A program made the position numbers and the translations under genes. From Candidatus Caldarchaeales archaeon (GTDB lineage: Archaea > Thermoproteota > Nitrososphaeria_A > Caldarchaeales > Calditenuaceae), in NCBI GenBank assembly GCA_039630085.1, contig JBCNVM010000007.1, forward strand, positions 1-64,000: a stretch of 64,000 bases of DNA. The letters run 5' to 3'. Shown here in pieces: positions 1-10,208 of this stretch (position 1 is the stretch's first letter; each line of letters begins with the position of its first letter). Under the pieces are notes generated by a model. That model did not search any database, was not told where the DNA came from, and worked only from the letters and a program-made list of their open reading frames with translations.

Positions 1-1
1 G

Positions 2-745
2 GTCCTCGCGGGAGGTAGGGGGGCGGTCGAGCTCTCGATGGGCGACCTGCTGGGGTCGAGCGTCGTGAACATAACCTTCGTGACGGGCATCGCGGTGCAC
101 CTCGCGGTAGGCGGAGTCCCGATCGGTGGCGCGCTCCGGGCCCACCTCGCACGGCTTCTCCTCCTCTCCTCCGCGATACCTGCCGTCCTGACAGTTGCGC
201 CGATCGTCCCTCCGCTCACGGGTTTCCCCCTGCTCCTCGTCTTCTTGGCCTACGGCCTATACTCCTTCAGGTTCGGGTCAGCCCACCCGGCCACACTGGT
301 TCCTTGGACCGGATGGAAGGTTGTCGCCTTCGCTGCGGTGGGCGTCGCGGGGCTAGTGACCTCGGCGACCGCGCTGGTCCAGAGCGCGAAGGCCCTCGCG
401 GAAGTCCTTAGCGTAGGACAGCTCGAGATCGGCGCCAAGCTGGTCTCCCTGACGACTTCTATGCCAGAGATCGTCACGGTAGCTGCCTCCATGAGGCGAG
501 GGGAGTACGAGATGGCATTCGGGAACGCGGTCGGGTCCAACCTCACCAACATGTCCCTGATACTCGGCTCGCTCCTGCTGATCGCGGGGGTCGACGTCCT
601 CCTCTCGCCCCACTACATGACGGTCCTCTTCGTGCTCTTGGTCTCCGGGACGCTCTGGGCCCTCTCCTCGAGGGGAAGGATCTCGAAGCCCCTGGCGCTG
701 GTCCTCCTCGTCGAGTACATCGCGTTCCTCCTCTTCGGCGACTGA
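2..745 (+). CDS. Sodium:calcium antiporter (CaCA/YrbG-like), 5'-truncated by window edge
   Basis: Hydrophobic protein with alpha-repeat motifs GDLLGSSVVNI, TTSMPE and GNAVGSNLTN; frame is open from position 2. Confidence 0.85.
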   Translation, partial: VLAGGRGAVELSMGDLLGSSVVNITFVTGIAVHLAVGGVPIGGALRAHLARLLLLSSAIPAVLTVAPIVPPLTGFPLLLVFLAYGLYSFRFGSAHPATLVPWTGWKVVAFAAVGVAGLVTSATALVQSAKALAEVLSVGQLEIGAKLVSLTTSMPEIVTVAASMRRGEYEMAFGNAVGSNLTNMSLILGSLLLIAGVDVLLSPHYMTVLFVLLVSGTLWALSSRGRISKPLALVLLVEYIAFLLFGD

Positions 746-751
746 ACGGGC

Positions 752-3154
752 TCAGACCGAGGCCCTGACGACCGAGTGTCCGCCCTCCTTGACCACCTCG
801 ACCAGCTGGTCCGCGACCTCCTCGACCTCCCTGTCGTGGGTGACGACGATGGCCTGCGGCACCGCTCCCCTCTCCCTCCTGAACCCCTCGAGGAGCCTCA
901 CGAGCTGCCTCCTCCTCTCCGCGTCGAGGTGGACCGTGGGCTCGTCCATGATCAGGCACTCCATCCTGTCTCCCGCGAGGGCGGCCGCGATCGCGAGCCT
1001 GAGCGAGAGCGCTACCGCCATCCTCTCGCCGCCGCTGAGGGACTCGAGGGGCTGCTCTCCCTCCGGCCCGTAGAGGTAGACTCCGTAGTCGTCGTCGAGC
1101 CTGACGTCGCCGTAGGCGAGGTTGAAGGCCTGGAGGAACCTCCTGGCGTGCTGCTCTATGGTCCTCTTGGCCTTGGACCTCAGCGCCCTCTGGGCTCCGT
1201 CCTTCCCGAAGCACTCCCTCAGCGCCCTCAGAACCTCGAGCTCCCTCCGGAGCTCCTCGGCCCTCGACCTCGAGCTCCGGGCCCGATTGAGCTCCCCAGC
1301 GATCCGAGCCTCCCACTCCCCCAGCGACCTGAGCCGCTCCTCGAGCCTCGCGGTCTCCCTGCTGACCTCGGAGATCCTCTCCTTCAGGTCCTCCAAGGAC
1401 CTCCTCGCCATCTCGAGCTCCGACTCGTCGTAGCCGAGCTCCGCCAGCCGGGCCTCGACCGACTTCAGCTCCTCCCGATGCTCCCTTAGCTCCGCCTCGA
1501 ACCTGTTCCTCCCCGTGAGCAGCTCGTCCCTCCTGCCGAGGCCCTTCAGGGTCCCCTCAACCCTGAGGTACTCGTCGTGGTCGCGCCTCGTCGCCTCCAG
1601 CTCCGACCTCTTCGCGGCGATCTCGCGCTCCAGCCCCTCGAGCTCCCGCCTGACGCCTTGAAGCCCCGAGAGCTCGGCCTCGATCTCGGAGGACCTCGAC
1701 CTTGCGGCGTTCAGCCTCTCGAGCGCGGACCTGAAGGCCTCCGCGGTCTTCAGCGCCTCCTCCCTCCTCTTCCGGGTCTCCCTTAGTCTCCTCTCCAGCG
1801 ACGACCTCCTGACCTTCAGTGACCTAAGATCGTCCTCAGCCCTCGCGATCGACCCGCGGAACCCCTCGACGAGCCGCAGCCGGTGGTCGGGCGTGAGCGG
1901 TTGGGAGCAGAGCGGGCAGACGTCCCCGGCCCTCTCCAGGTCCTCGAGGTAGCCCTCATAGGTCTTCACGAGCCCCTCGAGCTCCCCGGCCCTCGAGTCG
2001 ACCGACCTCAGCTCGCCCTCGAGCTCCGCCTCCGCCTCCTCGAGCCTCGAGAGGAGCATAGCGCGCTTCCCCTCGAAGCCCTCCACGTCGACCTCCTCGC
2101 CGATGATCGAGCCCAGCGCCTTCGCGCTCTTCAGGACATCCGACTCGGCCCTCGAGGCCTCGGACCTCCGCCTCTCCAGCTCGGCCTCCAGAGACGCCAG
2201 CCTCCCCAGCGCCTCTCTCAGCCTGCCCCTCCTCGCCTCGAGCTCCTTCACCTCCTCCGAGAGCCTGACGTGCCTTTCGTGTCCGGCCCTGTGCTCCGAG
2301 AGCCTCCTCTCCGCGTCGTCGAGCGTCGAGATCCTCTCGTCGAGGTCCCTCAGCCTCTGCCTCGCCAGCTCGATCTCGTCCTCGAGCCTCCGGCGCCTCT
2401 CCGACAGCGACTCGAAGAGCCTCCTCTTCGACTCGAGCTCCTCGAGCCTCCTCTCGGCCTCGGAGCGCCTCACCTCCAGCGAGCCCAGCTCCGACCTGAG
2501 CGCCTCCAGCCGGCCCCGGACCTCCTCCGACTCACTCCTGACCTTCCCGAGCTCCTCCTCGAGCTGCGGGACCCTCTCCGCCTCCTTCTCGTAGGCCTCG
2601 AGCTTCGCCTCCCACTTCCCGATCGGGTCCTTAAGGGTCTCCCAGATCCTCTCGAGGACTTCGGTCCCCAGGAGCTCCGCGATCATCCGCTTCCTGTCCG
2701 CCGGCGTCGCGTCGAGGAGCCTCGCGATCTCGCCCTGCCTGACGTAGACGGCGTTCACGAACGTCTCCGCGGTCATCCCAGTCAGCCTCTCGATCTCCGG
2801 GACCAAGGACCTCCTGCCGGCGTCGACGAGCAGCGTCGTCCCCGAGGTCAGGTCCCTCAGCGTCGCCCTCGCCTCCGCCGACTCACCCTTCCTCTCGATC
2901 GTCGTCTCGACCTCGTACTCCCTTCCCCCGGAGGAGAACCTCAGCTCGACTATCGCCCTCGAGCTCCTCCTGTTGATCAGGTTCCTCAGGTAGCCCCTGC
3001 TGTGGTCCATGAAGAGCGCGAAGGTGATCGCGTCGAGCAGCGACGTCTTCCCGGACCCGTTCTCGCCGACTATCGCGGTCAGGCCGTCGGAGAAGGCCAG
3101 CTCCGTCTCCCTGTGTGAGAGGAAGTCCTTGAGCCTTAGCCCGAGGACCCTCAC
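752..3154 (-). CDS. rad50: DNA double-strand break repair ATPase Rad50
   Basis: Walker A GENGSGKTS, long coiled coil, zinc hook CPLC, signature LSGGE, Walker B LIMDEPT, H-loop VTHD; GTG start at 3154 overlaps the mre11 stop (GTGA). Confidence 0.95.
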   Translation of the reverse strand: MRVLGLRLKDFLSHRETELAFSDGLTAIVGENGSGKTSLLDAITFALFMDHSRGYLRNLINRRSSRAIVELRFSSGGREYEVETTIERKGESAEARATLRDLTSGTTLLVDAGRRSLVPEIERLTGMTAETFVNAVYVRQGEIARLLDATPADRKRMIAELLGTEVLERIWETLKDPIGKWEAKLEAYEKEAERVPQLEEELGKVRSESEEVRGRLEALRSELGSLEVRRSEAERRLEELESKRRLFESLSERRRRLEDEIELARQRLRDLDERISTLDDAERRLSEHRAGHERHVRLSEEVKELEARRGRLREALGRLASLEAELERRRSEASRAESDVLKSAKALGSIIGEEVDVEGFEGKRAMLLSRLEEAEAELEGELRSVDSRAGELEGLVKTYEGYLEDLERAGDVCPLCSQPLTPDHRLRLVEGFRGSIARAEDDLRSLKVRRSSLERRLRETRKRREEALKTAEAFRSALERLNAARSRSSEIEAELSGLQGVRRELEGLEREIAAKRSELEATRRDHDEYLRVEGTLKGLGRRDELLTGRNRFEAELREHREELKSVEARLAELGYDESELEMARRSLEDLKERISEVSRETARLEERLRSLGEWEARIAGELNRARSSRSRAEELRRELEVLRALRECFGKDGAQRALRSKAKRTIEQHARRFLQAFNLAYGDVRLDDDYGVYLYGPEGEQPLESLSGGERMAVALSLRLAIAAALAGDRMECLIMDEPTVHLDAERRRQLVRLLEGFRRERGAVPQAIVVTHDREVEEVADQLVEVVKEGGHSVVRASV

Positions 3155-4278
3155 TCGCCCACGACCTCGGAGAGCCTCCTGTCGATGAGCTCCTCGACCG
3201 CGTCCTCGCCCCCGGACCTGTAGGCCTCGTAGACCCGGACCGCCAGCTCCGCTACCTCCGGGCTCAGCCCCCTGTCCCTCACGTAGTCCCTGAGGGTCGA
3301 GGGTATGTCCAGCGATTCGGGCTCGAAGGCCTCCTCGCCTCCCTCCTCGACGACCTCGTACCTGTACAGGAGTACCAGTCCCTTGAGCGCTCCCTCGAGT
3401 GCCCCCACCACCTTTCCCCGGTCGACGTCTCTGCCCCTGACCCTGATGTGGACGATCGGCTTCTTCGGGGACCCGGAAGCCCACTCCCTCAGCCCGTCAA
3501 GGGCCCTCGCGAGGTCCTGATAGGGGACTTCCGAGACGCGCTGCGGCCTCACCGAGCTCAGCCTCACGTCGTGGACCTGCGGCTCGTCGCCGGTGAGGTC
3601 CACCAGCACGAAGCCCTTCCCGAGCCTCTCCCAGTACTCCACCTCGTCCCTGGAGATTATCTCGAGCGATCCCGGGTAGACGGCCGGAGCCCCTCCGATC
3701 CAGACCGTCGACCGGACGTGTTCGTGTCCCAAGGCGTAGTAGTGATACCCTTCAGGGAGCAGCGGCGATCCCCTCCTCCTGAGCCACTCGAGGGGGAAAT
3801 GAGCGACCATCACCCGCCTGCCCTGAGACCTCATGGCCTCCTCGTGGACCGGCCTCAGCTTCTCGGCCGCGGTCTGCAGGAGGCTCGGAGGGACCTTGTC
3901 GAGCCCCGTCAGGACCAGCCTCGTCCCCTCCACCTCGAGCTGCACCGTCCTGTGGCCGATGTGTGTCAGCTCCTCGAAGAGCATCGTGGGCGGGACCTCG
4001 TCGGTCCGCTTCGGGAGGTCGTGATCTCCGAGGACGCAGAAGACCTTCACGCCCCCGGTGGCGAGCCTCCTGAACTGATCCCTCGCTCTGAGGAGCGCCC
4101 TGACCGGAGGCCTGGTGCCGTCGAAGAGGTCCCCCGCGATCACAAGGACCTTCGCCCCCTCCCTCAGGACCGCGTCCACCGCCTCCTCGAACGCCTCGTA
4201 GACGTCCTGCTCCCTCTCCGCGCTCCCGTACTGCCTGTGGCCCAGGTGGACGTCGGCCATGTGGGCTATCAGGGTCAC
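3151..4278 (-). CDS. mre11: DNA double-strand break repair nuclease Mre11
   Basis: Phosphoesterase motifs ADVHLG, AGDLFD, GDHD, ALGHEH, YPGS; adjacent to rad50. Confidence 0.95.
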   Translation of the reverse strand: MTLIAHMADVHLGHRQYGSAEREQDVYEAFEEAVDAVLREGAKVLVIAGDLFDGTRPPVRALLRARDQFRRLATGGVKVFCVLGDHDLPKRTDEVPPTMLFEELTHIGHRTVQLEVEGTRLVLTGLDKVPPSLLQTAAEKLRPVHEEAMRSQGRRVMVAHFPLEWLRRRGSPLLPEGYHYYALGHEHVRSTVWIGGAPAVYPGSLEIISRDEVEYWERLGKGFVLVDLTGDEPQVHDVRLSSVRPQRVSEVPYQDLARALDGLREWASGSPKKPIVHIRVRGRDVDRGKVVGALEGALKGLVLLYRYEVVEEGGEEAFEPESLDIPSTLRDYVRDRGLSPEVAELAVRVYEAYRSGGEDAVEELIDRRLSEVVGE

Positions 4279-5906
4279 CGCCCTCTCAACCCCCTCCTCA
4301 TCGAGTCCCAGTCCATCTCCCTCTTCGCGCGCTCCCCGCGCTCCCTCTCGGCCTCCCTCAGCGCCTCCTCGAGCAGGCCGTCGACGTCGATGTCAGCCCC
4401 TCCCTCGAGGCTCCGCCTCCTCCTCACCCTGATCACCGCCGGCAGGTTCACGATCTCTCCGACGACGATCGCCTCGCCCCTCTCGAGGCCCGGAAGGTCC
4501 TCCATCAGCTCCTCCCCGAGCCTCTCGGAGGCCTCCATCACCGCCCTCTGATCGACCGGGTTGGTGATCCTCATGATCGCCTGGCTGTTGCACTGGCTCA
4601 GGACGTCCGGGTGGACCTTCGAGGGCCTCTGGGTGATCAGCACCAGGAAGACCCCGAACTTCCTCCCCTCAGCCGCGATCCTCTTGATCACCTCCCCGGA
4701 GAAGGTGGTCCCCGCGCTCGGGTGAGGGATGAACCTGTGAGCCTCCTCCACGAAAACGAAGACCGGATACCTGTGGTCCTGCGACCCTCCCGACTTGAGC
4801 CTGAAGACCTCCGAGAGGACGAAGTACGCAAGGACGTCCGCCTCCCTGTCCTTCAGCCCCGAGAGGTCGATCACGGAGATCCTCTTCGGCCCCAGCATCT
4901 CCTCGACGTCGGTCGTATCGTCGCCGAGCGCCTTCAGGTCCCTGAGCCTCTCGAGGTACGTCAGCGCCCTCAGGTAGGGCTCCTTCTCCCTCACCTTCTC
5001 CTCTTCCTCTGCCCGCTCCTCGATCTTCCCGATCAGCCCCTCAACAGTGGCGTCCCCCTTCTTCCTGAGCTCCCTGTAGGCCTGCGAGATCGCGTGCCTT
5101 ATCCTCACGTACTGCTCCTCCACGCCCGCGATGTAGAAGAGCTTGTCGAGGCCCAAGTCCCTCAGCGCGACGCCGAGCCTCTGGACCCTAACGACGTCGG
5201 AGTGCCTTGAGGGCGCGCCCCCGACCCTGTAGACGAAGACCCTCTCCGCCAGCTCGGCCCTCCACCCTTCCTTCTCGTTCGGGACGGAGAGCTTGACGTA
5301 GTCCGCGTGCGGGTCGATCACGACGACTGTCCCGCCCTGGCTCAGGAGCTCCTCCATCATCACCCCCGCGAGGTAGCTCTTCCCGGCCCCGGTCTGGGCG
5401 ATTATCGCCATGTGCCTCCTCAGTCCGCTCACCGAGAGCCCGACCTCCACGTCCCCCCGGGTCGCGAGCGTCCCGACCGTCAGCTTCCTCCCGCGCCCCG
5501 AGTAGAGCCTGCTGAGGAGCTCGTCCGGCGCGACGTAGACCTTGGTCCCGGGAGCGATCGCGTGCCTCGGCCTCGAGTGCGAGCCCGCCTCCGGGCTGTT
5601 CAGGTCCCCGACGTGCGCGATCACCCTGGCCTCCCGCCAGTGCTTGCAGGTCTCTGCCATCCTCTCGACGAGCCTCGAGATCACCTCGAAGTCCCTCTCC
5701 CTCGTCAGCAGGGAGCTGAAGGACGCGACGCCCCTCACCTGGGCCACGACCCAGCCTCCCTCGACCGGGGCCACGACGTACTCCCACCTGGGTATCGCCG
5801 CGGAGGCCTCGGGGTTGACCGCGAAGACGAACCCCGTCGGGCTGCTCTCCTCGACGACTATCCCTACCTCCCGGAGGCTTCCGATGTCCATGGCGTCCCG
5901 CTCCAC
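4275..5906 (-). CDS. herA: HerA bipolar helicase/translocase
   Basis: N-terminal HAS-barrel-like region, RHMAIIAQTGAGKS, DPHADY, EEAHRF, EGRKFG, TQRPS. Confidence 0.93.
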   Translation of the reverse strand: MERDAMDIGSLREVGIVVEESSPTGFVFAVNPEASAAIPRWEYVVAPVEGGWVVAQVRGVASFSSLLTRERDFEVISRLVERMAETCKHWREARVIAHVGDLNSPEAGSHSRPRHAIAPGTKVYVAPDELLSRLYSGRGRKLTVGTLATRGDVEVGLSVSGLRRHMAIIAQTGAGKSYLAGVMMEELLSQGGTVVVIDPHADYVKLSVPNEKEGWRAELAERVFVYRVGGAPSRHSDVVRVQRLGVALRDLGLDKLFYIAGVEEQYVRIRHAISQAYRELRKKGDATVEGLIGKIEERAEEEEKVREKEPYLRALTYLERLRDLKALGDDTTDVEEMLGPKRISVIDLSGLKDREADVLAYFVLSEVFRLKSGGSQDHRYPVFVFVEEAHRFIPHPSAGTTFSGEVIKRIAAEGRKFGVFLVLITQRPSKVHPDVLSQCNSQAIMRITNPVDQRAVMEASERLGEELMEDLPGLERGEAIVVGEIVNLPAVIRVRRRRSLEGGADIDVDGLLEEALREAERERGERAKREMDWDSMRRGLRGR

Positions 5907-5936
5907 CGCCCCTCCGCCGGGTAAAAAGCGCTCGAG

Positions 5937-7292
5937 TCAGAAGAGGTCGGGAATCGGTCTCCTCGAGAGCTCCAGGGGCCCGACCTTCCTCTCGACGAGC
6001 TCTACGATCGCCCTCGCGTCCTCCCTCGTGATCCTGGCCCTCCTGTCAGCCTCGAAGAGGAGTGCGTTGTGGATCTCCCTGCTGACGTACATCGACCCCA
6101 GCGCGGAGAGCAGGTCCTCCAGCCTCTCCGTCACCTCTGGGTCCTTCAGCGGCTCGGGCGCTAGGACGTCGAAGAACCTCTCCGCAGCTCCTAGCAGGGC
6201 CGCGTTCACGTCCACCCTGATCGGGTAGTCCCTGTCCCCGAACTTCGCGTAGGTCACCGCGACCGCGCTCAGCGACTTCAGCCCCTCAGCGACCTCCCGG
6301 ACCCTGTCCCTCATCTCGACGGGCAGCTTGAGCCTTACCTCAGCGTAGCCGTAGGGGTCTTCGGAGGCCTTCTCTATCATCTCCTTGAACCTAGAGGAAG
6401 GTCCTAGGAGCAGGGGAACCGTGTAGCCCTTTCCCTCCGCGACTCCCCTGAGGAGGTGGAGGTCCGTCGAGTCGGTCAGTCTCTCCTCGACCAGCGCCCT
6501 CAGCCGCTCCACAACCCTACCGTACTTCGCCTCCAAGCTCCTTGCAGCCCTGACCGCGCGCTGCGGCTTGTCTTTCGCGAGGTAGAGGAGCTTCTCGGCC
6601 GTCCTGAGGTCCTCGGCCTCGAGCAGCCCCGACCTCCTGAGCCTCTCGACCTCCTCGGAGAAGAGCTCGGCGACGCACCAGTCCCTAACGATGGAGGCCG
6701 ACGTCGTCTTGCTCATAGATGCCAGCGCGACCGACCTCCTCTCGCACTCGCCGATCAGGCCCGTCAGCTCCGAGTAGAACTCCAGGAGCGCCTCGCCGTA
6801 GCCCCTTGGCGCCCTCGCGGGAGTGATCGGCAGCGCGGAGCAGAGGCCGTAGAGGGAGCCGTCGAGGAGGAGCAGCCCGCCCCCCGGAAGCCACCCCAGC
6901 GCCCTCCTGGCCACCCTGAGCTCGAGGACCTTCATCAGCAGCCCCGCGTAGTCGGCCCTGGGCGGATAGGCCACCTCGCACCTCACCTCCCTCTCCTCGA
7001 TGTTCCTCCCGACCGCGAACGCTGCCGCGACGATCAGCGCCCCTCCGTTCCCGAGCCTGAGCCTCATCAGCCCTCCGTCGACCGCGACCGCATCGACGCC
7101 GGTGCTCCGGCCCTCGAGATCCGCGGGAACCCAGAGCCTCCTGGCCCTCTCCCCGATCTCCTCCGAGAGCGGGCCCCTCCTGCCCCTCAGGTCCCTCTCC
7201 AGCGAGCCTGAGTTCTCTCTCAGCCACTCCGCCAGCAGGTCGGCGACGAGGGCCATCTCGAGGCTATCGTTCAGGGCGCGGAGATAAGGCAT
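5937..7292 (-). CDS. nurA: NurA 5'-3' nuclease
   Basis: VAVDGG, LLLDGSL and SK motifs, C-terminal LFEADRRARI; first gene of herA-mre11-rad50 operon; start may be 7313. Confidence 0.88.
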   Translation of the reverse strand: MPYLRALNDSLEMALVADLLAEWLRENSGSLERDLRGRRGPLSEEIGERARRLWVPADLEGRSTGVDAVAVDGGLMRLRLGNGGALIVAAAFAVGRNIEEREVRCEVAYPPRADYAGLLMKVLELRVARRALGWLPGGGLLLLDGSLYGLCSALPITPARAPRGYGEALLEFYSELTGLIGECERRSVALASMSKTTSASIVRDWCVAELFSEEVERLRRSGLLEAEDLRTAEKLLYLAKDKPQRAVRAARSLEAKYGRVVERLRALVEERLTDSTDLHLLRGVAEGKGYTVPLLLGPSSRFKEMIEKASEDPYGYAEVRLKLPVEMRDRVREVAEGLKSLSAVAVTYAKFGDRDYPIRVDVNAALLGAAERFFDVLAPEPLKDPEVTERLEDLLSALGSMYVSREIHNALLFEADRRARITREDARAIVELVERKVGPLELSRRPIPDLF

Positions 7293-7585
7293 CGCTCGGC
7301 GGTCACCTCGCATCGGTGTCGACCCCGCGGAGCGCGGCGTGAGAATTCCGGGCTCTAAAGACGCCCGTCGACTGAAGGTCGTCGTCCCGTCGTAACTCTG
7401 ACCGGTGCCTCATCGAGGGCTAGTTGCTGGGGATCGGGGTCGACGCTCCGTGATCGATGCTTGAGATACCCCCAGATACTCTGAATTAGACCAAGGCACT
7501 TCGCTCTGGAACGTCGGGTCGTAGGCCGCATCGATCTCGGAGAATATACATATATTTCGTATACTGGGCTACGTCTTGACCGAGG

Positions 7586-9136
7586 ATGAAGGAGAACAAC
7601 TCGGGGACAATTTTAGAGATTAGGGGTCTAGTAAAGAGGTACCCTAACGGCGTCGTGGCGCTCGACCACGTGGACATTGAGATGAGGAAGGGGGAGATCC
7701 ACGCGATCCTTGGTGAGAACGGAGCTGGTAAGACGACGCTCATGAACATACTTTTCGGGCTTATACAGCCCGACGAAGGGGAGATCTACTTGGACGGCAG
7801 GAGGGTCGTCTTCAGGTCGCCCCTCGATGCGATAAACATGGGCGTCGGGATGGTCCATCAGAACAGGAAGTTAATACCCGCGCACACCGTGCTCGACAAC
7901 GTAATAATCGGACACCCGAAGACAGGGTGGCTTCTGGACAGGAAGAGGAGCAGGGCCGAGGTGGAGGAGCTGTGCAGGAGGTTCGGGTTCGACCTTGACC
8001 TCGACGCGCGGGTCTGGCAGCTCTCGGCAGGGGAGAAGCAGCTGGTCGAGATCGTCCGTGCCCTTTACAGGGGGGCTAAGATACTGATCCTCGATGAGCC
8101 GACGTCCGTGCTCACGCCGCCCGAGATCGAAAGCTTCTTGGAGTCCCTCAAGGCCCTCTCGAGAGAGAAGATCACTCTGGTCCCGTTCGTGACCCACAAG
8201 CTTCCGGAAGTCTTTTCGACGTGTGACAGGGTTACCATCCTCAGGAGGGGGAAGGTGGTCAAGACGCTTAACGTCAAGGAGGCCACTGCCAAGCAACTCG
8301 CAGAGTACATGGTCGGCAAGGAGGTTTCTCTCTCGATAGAGAGGCAGGACTCCAGGTTAGGACAGGAGATCCTGAGGGTCGAGAACCTCTCCGCGATGAA
8401 CGACAAGGGTCTCGTGGCCTTCAGCGGCGTCACCTTCTCGCTGCGCGAGGGCGAGATCTTCGGCATAGCGGGCGTCAGCGGGAACGGACAGCATGAGCTG
8501 GCAGAGACCATCTTCGGCCTGAGGAGGCCGTTGTCCGGCAGGATCCTCTACAACGACCGCGACATCACCAAGTCCTCCGTCCTCCAGCGGTTGCGGATGG
8601 GGATCGCATACATCCCGCCGGAGAGGTTGGGAGTTGCGGCGGTCGGCGAACTGAGCTTAGTCGACAACGTGTTGCTCATGTATTACTACGACGGTGCCGC
8701 GTCGAGGAGCGGGTTCATCAATTACAAGCTCATTCGGGAGCTAACGGAACAGATCATCTCCGAATACGGCATTGTCGCTCCCGGGCCCACTGCCAAGGCA
8801 TCGCACTTGTCCGGCGGAAACCTGCAGAGGCTCATCCTCGGCCGGGTCCTCTCTAGGAACCCGAAGGTCGTCATAGCTAACCTCCCGACGCAGGGGCTCG
8901 ACGTGGCGGCCGCCCAGTACGTAAGGAGGAAGCTGCTGGAGTGCAAGCAGCGCGGTGCCGGCGTGATCCTGATCTCGGAGGACCTCGACGAGATACTGCA
9001 ACTTAGCGATAGGGTCGCCCCCGTCTACGAGGGGCGTTTCGTCGACGTTCTTGATAACACGGCCCTCCGGAAGGAGGAAGTAGGGGCGATGATAGCGGGC
9101 GCCCACGCGGGGAGGGAGAAGGGCCTTGCTCAGTGA
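7586..9136 (+). CDS. ABC transporter ATP-binding protein, two ABC domains (nucleoside/CUT2-like)
   Basis: GENGAGKTT, LSAGEKQ, LILDEPT, second domain LSGGNLQR, ISEDLDE. Confidence 0.93.
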   Translation: MKENNSGTILEIRGLVKRYPNGVVALDHVDIEMRKGEIHAILGENGAGKTTLMNILFGLIQPDEGEIYLDGRRVVFRSPLDAINMGVGMVHQNRKLIPAHTVLDNVIIGHPKTGWLLDRKRSRAEVEELCRRFGFDLDLDARVWQLSAGEKQLVEIVRALYRGAKILILDEPTSVLTPPEIESFLESLKALSREKITLVPFVTHKLPEVFSTCDRVTILRRGKVVKTLNVKEATAKQLAEYMVGKEVSLSIERQDSRLGQEILRVENLSAMNDKGLVAFSGVTFSLREGEIFGIAGVSGNGQHELAETIFGLRRPLSGRILYNDRDITKSSVLQRLRMGIAYIPPERLGVAAVGELSLVDNVLLMYYYDGAASRSGFINYKLIRELTEQIISEYGIVAPGPTAKASHLSGGNLQRLILGRVLSRNPKVVIANLPTQGLDVAAAQYVRRKLLECKQRGAGVILISEDLDEILQLSDRVAPVYEGRFVDVLDNTALRKEEVGAMIAGAHAGREKGLAQ

Positions 9137-10208
9137 TACCCATTTCAGGATCAAGCTGGAGAGGCTCCCCACCTTATCCGGTTGGAGGGCCGTCAGGATA
9201 TCGCTTTACTCGATAGTGCTGTCGTTCCTTCTGTTCAGCAGCGTGTTGATATACGAGGGCGCCGATCCGCTCGTGGCTTACCAGAACATGTTCTCGTTCG
9301 CTTTCGATCCCAAGCTGGGACTCCCGCTGACCCTTCACAGGTCCATGCTGATCCTTCTGTGTACCCTCGCGTTCATCATCCCGTTGAGAGCAGGGCTCTG
9401 GAACGTGGGGATGGAGGGGCAGTTCTATCTCGGCACCATCGGGGCCTTCTTCTTAGCCTACACCTTCTCGACTTACTCCTCAGAGGTCCTGATGCTTCTC
9501 ATGATAGTGGGGGCAATGGGCGGAGGGGCACTCTACGGCGCCATCGCTGGGTTCTTACGCGGTCGGTACAACGTCAACGAGGTGGTAGTGACGCTCATGC
9601 TCAACAACATAGCGTTCTGGATCGTATACATGCTCGTGGTCGGAGGGCCGTGGGCTGGGATCGCCGAGTCGTCGAGCAGGCCGCTACCTACGTCCGCTCA
9701 CGCTCCGTTCATCTCCATAACGCCCATCACGAGCTACATCATCGTCGCACTCGCAGTGCTCGTCTTCCTCTTCCTCACCAAGACGACCTTGGGATTCAAG
9801 CTCCGGGTCCTAGGATATAGCCCCGTAGCCGCGAGGATTGCCGGCATAGAGGAGTTCAGGGTCTCTGTCCTCGTGATGAGCATAGGAGGTGCCTTAGCTG
9901 GTCTGGCCGGCTATCACATGTGGGCGGGCGATCCGGCATACTACATGATTCCGCGTCCGGAGGCTTACAAAGCGATAGGCGATCTGACCTACTGGGGCAT
10001 CATAATCGGGCTGATCTGCCTGCTCAATCCCATTCCCGCCATACCGGCTTCCCTCTTCATGGGCTCCGTCATAGTCGGCTCGACCGTGTTGGTGAGGAGG
10101 CTGCGACTGCCTTTCGGGCTAGATTTCCTGCTGCTGGGGATCATCTCGATTACCTTTGCCGCCTTCCAACTGTTCTACAACTACAGGATGCGGGTGATCA
10201 GGAAATGA
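9126..10208 (+). CDS. ABC transporter permease (BPD_transp_2, nucleoside-type)
   Basis: GLWNVGMEGQ, NEVVVTLMLNNI, multiple TM helices. Confidence 0.9.
   Translation: MLSDTHFRIKLERLPTLSGWRAVRISLYSIVLSFLLFSSVLIYEGADPLVAYQNMFSFAFDPKLGLPLTLHRSMLILLCTLAFIIPLRAGLWNVGMEGQFYLGTIGAFFLAYTFSTYSSEVLMLLMIVGAMGGGALYGAIAGFLRGRYNVNEVVVTLMLNNIAFWIVYMLVVGGPWAGIAESSSRPLPTSAHAPFISITPITSYIIVALAVLVFLFLTKTTLGFKLRVLGYSPVAARIAGIEEFRVSVLVMSIGGALAGLAGYHMWAGDPAYYMIPRPEAYKAIGDLTYWGIIIGLICLLNPIPAIPASLFMGSVIVGSTVLVRRLRLPFGLDFLLLGIISITFAAFQLFYNYRMRVIRK

Noticed and set aside
3155-3484. Long N-terminal extensions in the ORF track (Rad50 to 3484, GGGPS to 46388, RPA from 45120, Pus10 from 55157, permease from 61628)
   Set aside because: They overlap neighbouring real genes; homology begins at downstream starts, several with 4-bp start/stop overlaps
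4275-7292. HerA + nuclease as an anti-phage system
   Set aside because: The context is the canonical archaeal nurA-herA-mre11-rad50 repair operon with host-like composition
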